64,000 nt of DNA from Syntrophales bacterium (GTDB lineage Bacteria; Desulfobacterota; Syntrophia; Syntrophales; PHBD01), in the NCBI GenBank assembly GCA_963668175.1, contig OY764159.1, positions 1,632,001 to 1,696,000 of the forward strand, written 5' to 3'. Both the position numbers and the translations under genes were made by a program. The notes under the pieces were generated by a model, which had not been told where the DNA came from, made no database searches, and was given only the letters and a program-made list of their open reading frames with translations. Of the stretch, positions 61,126 to 64,000 are shown piece after piece (the first letter of the stretch is position 1; every line of letters begins with the position of its first letter).

Positions 61126-62796
61126 ATGCGCAAGACAAGGATGTTGTTATTGGTGGGCGGTATCATGCTGGTGCTGATATCGTCGTCCGTCGCCGCAGCC
61201 GCCGAGGCGAAGGATGCCCGGAGCGGCGCGACGTCTTTTGAAAAGCTGATGGGCTTCGGCGAAGGCCTGGCTGCCGTTTACGCCAAAGGGCAGTGGGGTT
61301 TTATCGACCTGGCGGGCAAGCGGGTCATCGAGCCCCTCTTCCATGAAGTCAGGGGATTCCGCGGAGACTATGCCGCGGCCCGCCTGGAAAAGCGATGGGG
61401 TTTCATCGACAGGAAGGGCACGTTCGTCATCAATCCCCAGTTCGACGACGCCCGGAATTTTTCCGAAGGCCTGGCCGTCGTGAAGAAAGAGAATGCCTGG
61501 GGTGTAATTAACGAAAAGGGTGCTATCGTCCTCGACTATTCCTATGAAGATCTGAAGAGTTTCAACGGCGGCCTGGCCCCGGCCAAGAGGACCGGCAAGT
61601 GGGGCTACATCGCCAAGGACGGAAGCTTCAAAATCGCCCGGACCTGGCTGGAGGCCGGCGAATTCGCCGACGGCTTCGCCCCGGTGAAGACCGTGGAAAA
61701 CCAGTGGGGTTATATCGATACCAAGGGCCGGTACGTCATCGAGGCCCAGTTCGACGGCGCCGGCGGATTCTCGGGCGGGCTGGCCCCCGTGCAGGAAGAG
61801 ACGAAATGGGGCTTCATCGACAGGAAGGGCAAATTCCGGATCAACCCCCAGTACGCCGGAGCCAGGCCTTTTAAAGACGATCTGGCTGCGGTGCAGTCGG
61901 GCGGCAAGTGGGGTTACATCGACAGGAAAGGGAGGCTCGCCGTCCCCTGTAGTTTCGATGCGTCCGGCGACTTCAGCGGCGGCCGCGCCCTCGTGGAAAA
62001 AGACGGCGTCTCCTTCTACATCGACAAGAAAGGCGGGCAGATCCTCGACGTATCGGCCCGTAAGGTGGTCGCGGCGGCTCCGGTGACTCCGGCGGCTCCG
62101 GCGGCGAAAAGAAGCAGCCTGAAGGACGCGTGTGGCCAGACGCCCTGTCGCATTACCGGCCTCGGCAACGTCGCCTTCGGCGATATCCCCGTCAGCAACA
62201 GGTTAGGGAGTGCAGCGGACAACGATCTCGTGATCCTGAACCTGAGTTCTTCCGATCTCGTTGTGACCGCGAACAACATCTTTGCCGGCATGCCGAACAC
62301 GATCAAGAAAGGGCACAACTACACGTTCTATAACCAGAAGGATACGTTACAGGGTTATATAACCTTCGCGTTCGACGATGCCGCGAACCCCGATCCGTTC
62401 ATGATTTATGGGGATCACGTATCCCAGGACCCGTTTGCCTTTTTCGTGCAGGATCCCTGTCCGCAATCCTCTTTGTCCACCAGGAAGGGACTCAAGGCAC
62501 CGCTGGGCAGTTCGCCTGCAGCCCCGAAAGATTCGGGAAACAGTCCCTATCAGTGGGACGGCCAGATGCACTGGGGCCGGTTCGCCACGAATGTCGCGCC
62601 GGTGGGGCAGTGTCCGGAAATGTGCACGGATTACAGGGCCTATACCGTCGTATCGCCCCGGCGGACCGTCACGATCTCTTCGACGAATTTCAAGGAAAAA
62701 ACCGGCGGCACGCTTTTCCTCATCGTTGCCGATACGAATCCGGGCGACGGCGTTTCGATCTTCTCGCAGCGCATCTCGCCCGTCGTACCCAAATAG
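61126..62796 (+). CDS. Secreted WG-repeat protein with unrecognised C-terminal domain
   Basis: AAGGAGG RBS; signal peptide; seven WG repeats collinear with 20855..22009; Ala/Pro linker; Cys-containing C-domain of about 220 aa. Confidence 0.87.
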   Translation: MRKTRMLLLVGGIMLVLISSSVAAAAEAKDARSGATSFEKLMGFGEGLAAVYAKGQWGFIDLAGKRVIEPLFHEVRGFRGDYAAARLEKRWGFIDRKGTFVINPQFDDARNFSEGLAVVKKENAWGVINEKGAIVLDYSYEDLKSFNGGLAPAKRTGKWGYIAKDGSFKIARTWLEAGEFADGFAPVKTVENQWGYIDTKGRYVIEAQFDGAGGFSGGLAPVQEETKWGFIDRKGKFRINPQYAGARPFKDDLAAVQSGGKWGYIDRKGRLAVPCSFDASGDFSGGRALVEKDGVSFYIDKKGGQILDVSARKVVAAAPVTPAAPAAKRSSLKDACGQTPCRITGLGNVAFGDIPVSNRLGSAADNDLVILNLSSSDLVVTANNIFAGMPNTIKKGHNYTFYNQKDTLQGYITFAFDDAANPDPFMIYGDHVSQDPFAFFVQDPCPQSSLSTRKGLKAPLGSSPAAPKDSGNSPYQWDGQMHWGRFATNVAPVGQCPEMCTDYRAYTVVSPRRTVTISSTNFKEKTGGTLFLIVADTNPGDGVSIFSQRISPVVPK

Positions 62797-62811
62797 AAAG
62801 GATAACAGAAC

Positions 62812-64000
62812 ATGAACAAGTCCCTTAAATGGTTTCTCATAGTCGCTTTCGGGTTCTGTCTCGGCATCCTGCCGCCTGCCGTCTGCCCGGCGATGCAGGC
62901 CTACGAGCTGGCTCAGAATCTCACCGGCACGGCGTCGGGTACGGTCATCTTCCTCCAGAATCTGTCGCCGTACTCAATCAAGCTGACGGCGCACAATGTT
63001 TCCGATCCCGTGACGGCCAGTTCCCAGAGCACGGTCCTGGTACCCTTGGGCTTCCCGACGGCGCTGCCCGCGACAGTCTATCCCTCGTGTACGGCCGTGG
63101 CCTACACCTCGCCAATGGTTCCCATATTCGTCAACTTTCAGGACTATAATTCGCCGATCGTCAACCTGTTTCAGCTCGATTACCTGATCAGCCAGGTTAC
63201 GGCCCTCGACAACCAGAATCGCCCCGTTACCGCCGACGTCCCGTTCCGTCTCTACATTTCCCATACGGTTCCCCCGGCGCCAGAACGGGGCAGCATGCAT
63301 CTGCTCTGGAATCTGTTCAAGGAAGCCCTGTCCATCACCGATGTCGTTCTGGACCCGGAAAGCAAGATAGGGTGGATCGCCCTGGCGGCCGACACCTACG
63401 ATCTCATCGACGACGCCGCCTTCCCGGACGGCAACAAGAATACGGGTTCGCCGAGCAATCCGAACATCATTGCCGCCTATGCCGTCATGGACTTCACCAG
63501 GGAGACCCCCAGCGTCTTCACTACCGACGGGAGTCTCCAGAATACGGATGCCATCGCCACCCAGGCGGGAGGCATGTCCGCCCCGGCCAACGGCATTATC
63601 GTGACGGTTTCGACGGTCCGCGGCAAATGGGGAACGACCGGGGCCGACGTAGTGCCCTACACTTTCGTGACCATTTACGACACCCCCCATTTCACGGCAG
63701 CCAGCCTCTCCCTGGCCATCAAGGATGCGACCAAGGCGGGGACGCTTACGGCCGATAACGCCACAGCCGGAATGGCGGTCCGCATGCAGAAGAGCGGCCG
63801 CGTGGCGATTATGGAGATCGCCAATGCGTTGAAAGGCTTTTCTCCCCAGCAGTATGCCGCCGTGAACAGCGCCATTGCGAAGATCAGGGGCGGAAAGGCG
63901 CTGGCGTCCGATGAAGCGGCGATCCTGAACGATCTGGGGGCCCGGGCTGACAAGCTGATCCTGGCCCGTGCGACCGATTGCCCGTCGGGGGCTTGCACCA
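62812..64000 (+). CDS. Secreted hypothetical protein (partial, runs off window)
   Basis: Missing from ORF track. AAAGGA RBS, MNKSLKWFLIVAFGFCLG signal; frame appears open to the window end (...ARATDCPSGACT). Confidence 0.75.
   Translation, partial: MNKSLKWFLIVAFGFCLGILPPAVCPAMQAYELAQNLTGTASGTVIFLQNLSPYSIKLTAHNVSDPVTASSQSTVLVPLGFPTALPATVYPSCTAVAYTSPMVPIFVNFQDYNSPIVNLFQLDYLISQVTALDNQNRPVTADVPFRLYISHTVPPAPERGSMHLLWNLFKEALSITDVVLDPESKIGWIALAADTYDLIDDAAFPDGNKNTGSPSNPNIIAAYAVMDFTRETPSVFTTDGSLQNTDAIATQAGGMSAPANGIIVTVSTVRGKWGTTGADVVPYTFVTIYDTPHFTAASLSLAIKDATKAGTLTADNATAGMAVRMQKSGRVAIMEIANALKGFSPQQYAAVNSAIAKIRGGKALASDEAAILNDLGARADKLILARATDCPSGACT

Overview
GC-rich bacterial chromosomal window whose gene content (multimeric [FeFe]-hydrogenase, CoA-transferase/beta-oxidation cluster, sigma54 regulation, tetraheme cytochrome) suggests an anaerobic, probably syntrophic, Deltaproteobacterium-like organism (inference). 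Main blocks: (1) 1-12.5 kb, minus strand, Rex-controlled hydrogenase cluster (rex, receiver, hydC, a small duplicated Cys-rich ORF, hydB, hydA, a sensory [FeFe]-hydrogenase-histidine kinase fusion, receiver, hybrid kinase, aspA, hydF); (2) 12.7-31.2 kb, mixed metabolic, envelope and signalling genes; (3) about 31.2-39.1 kb, an AT-rich island with an overlapping DruA/DUF4338-like + NurA-like + HerA-like operon (herA interrupted by an IS2-like element with a 5-bp target duplication), then a soluble + multi-TM gene pair, with an orphan XRE antitoxin at the edge; this is the best candidate for an undescribed anti-phage system; (4) 40-52.5 kb, sigma54-linked CoA-dependent acid degradation cluster and two-component system; (5) 52.5-64 kb, MITE-like repeat, MFS, split flavocytochrome c, LuxR, OmpA/FecR, aldehyde dehydrogenase, a second WG-repeat protein and a secreted protein running off the end. 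No CRISPR array, tRNA or rRNA was recognised. All family calls come from recognising motifs by eye; no searches were run.
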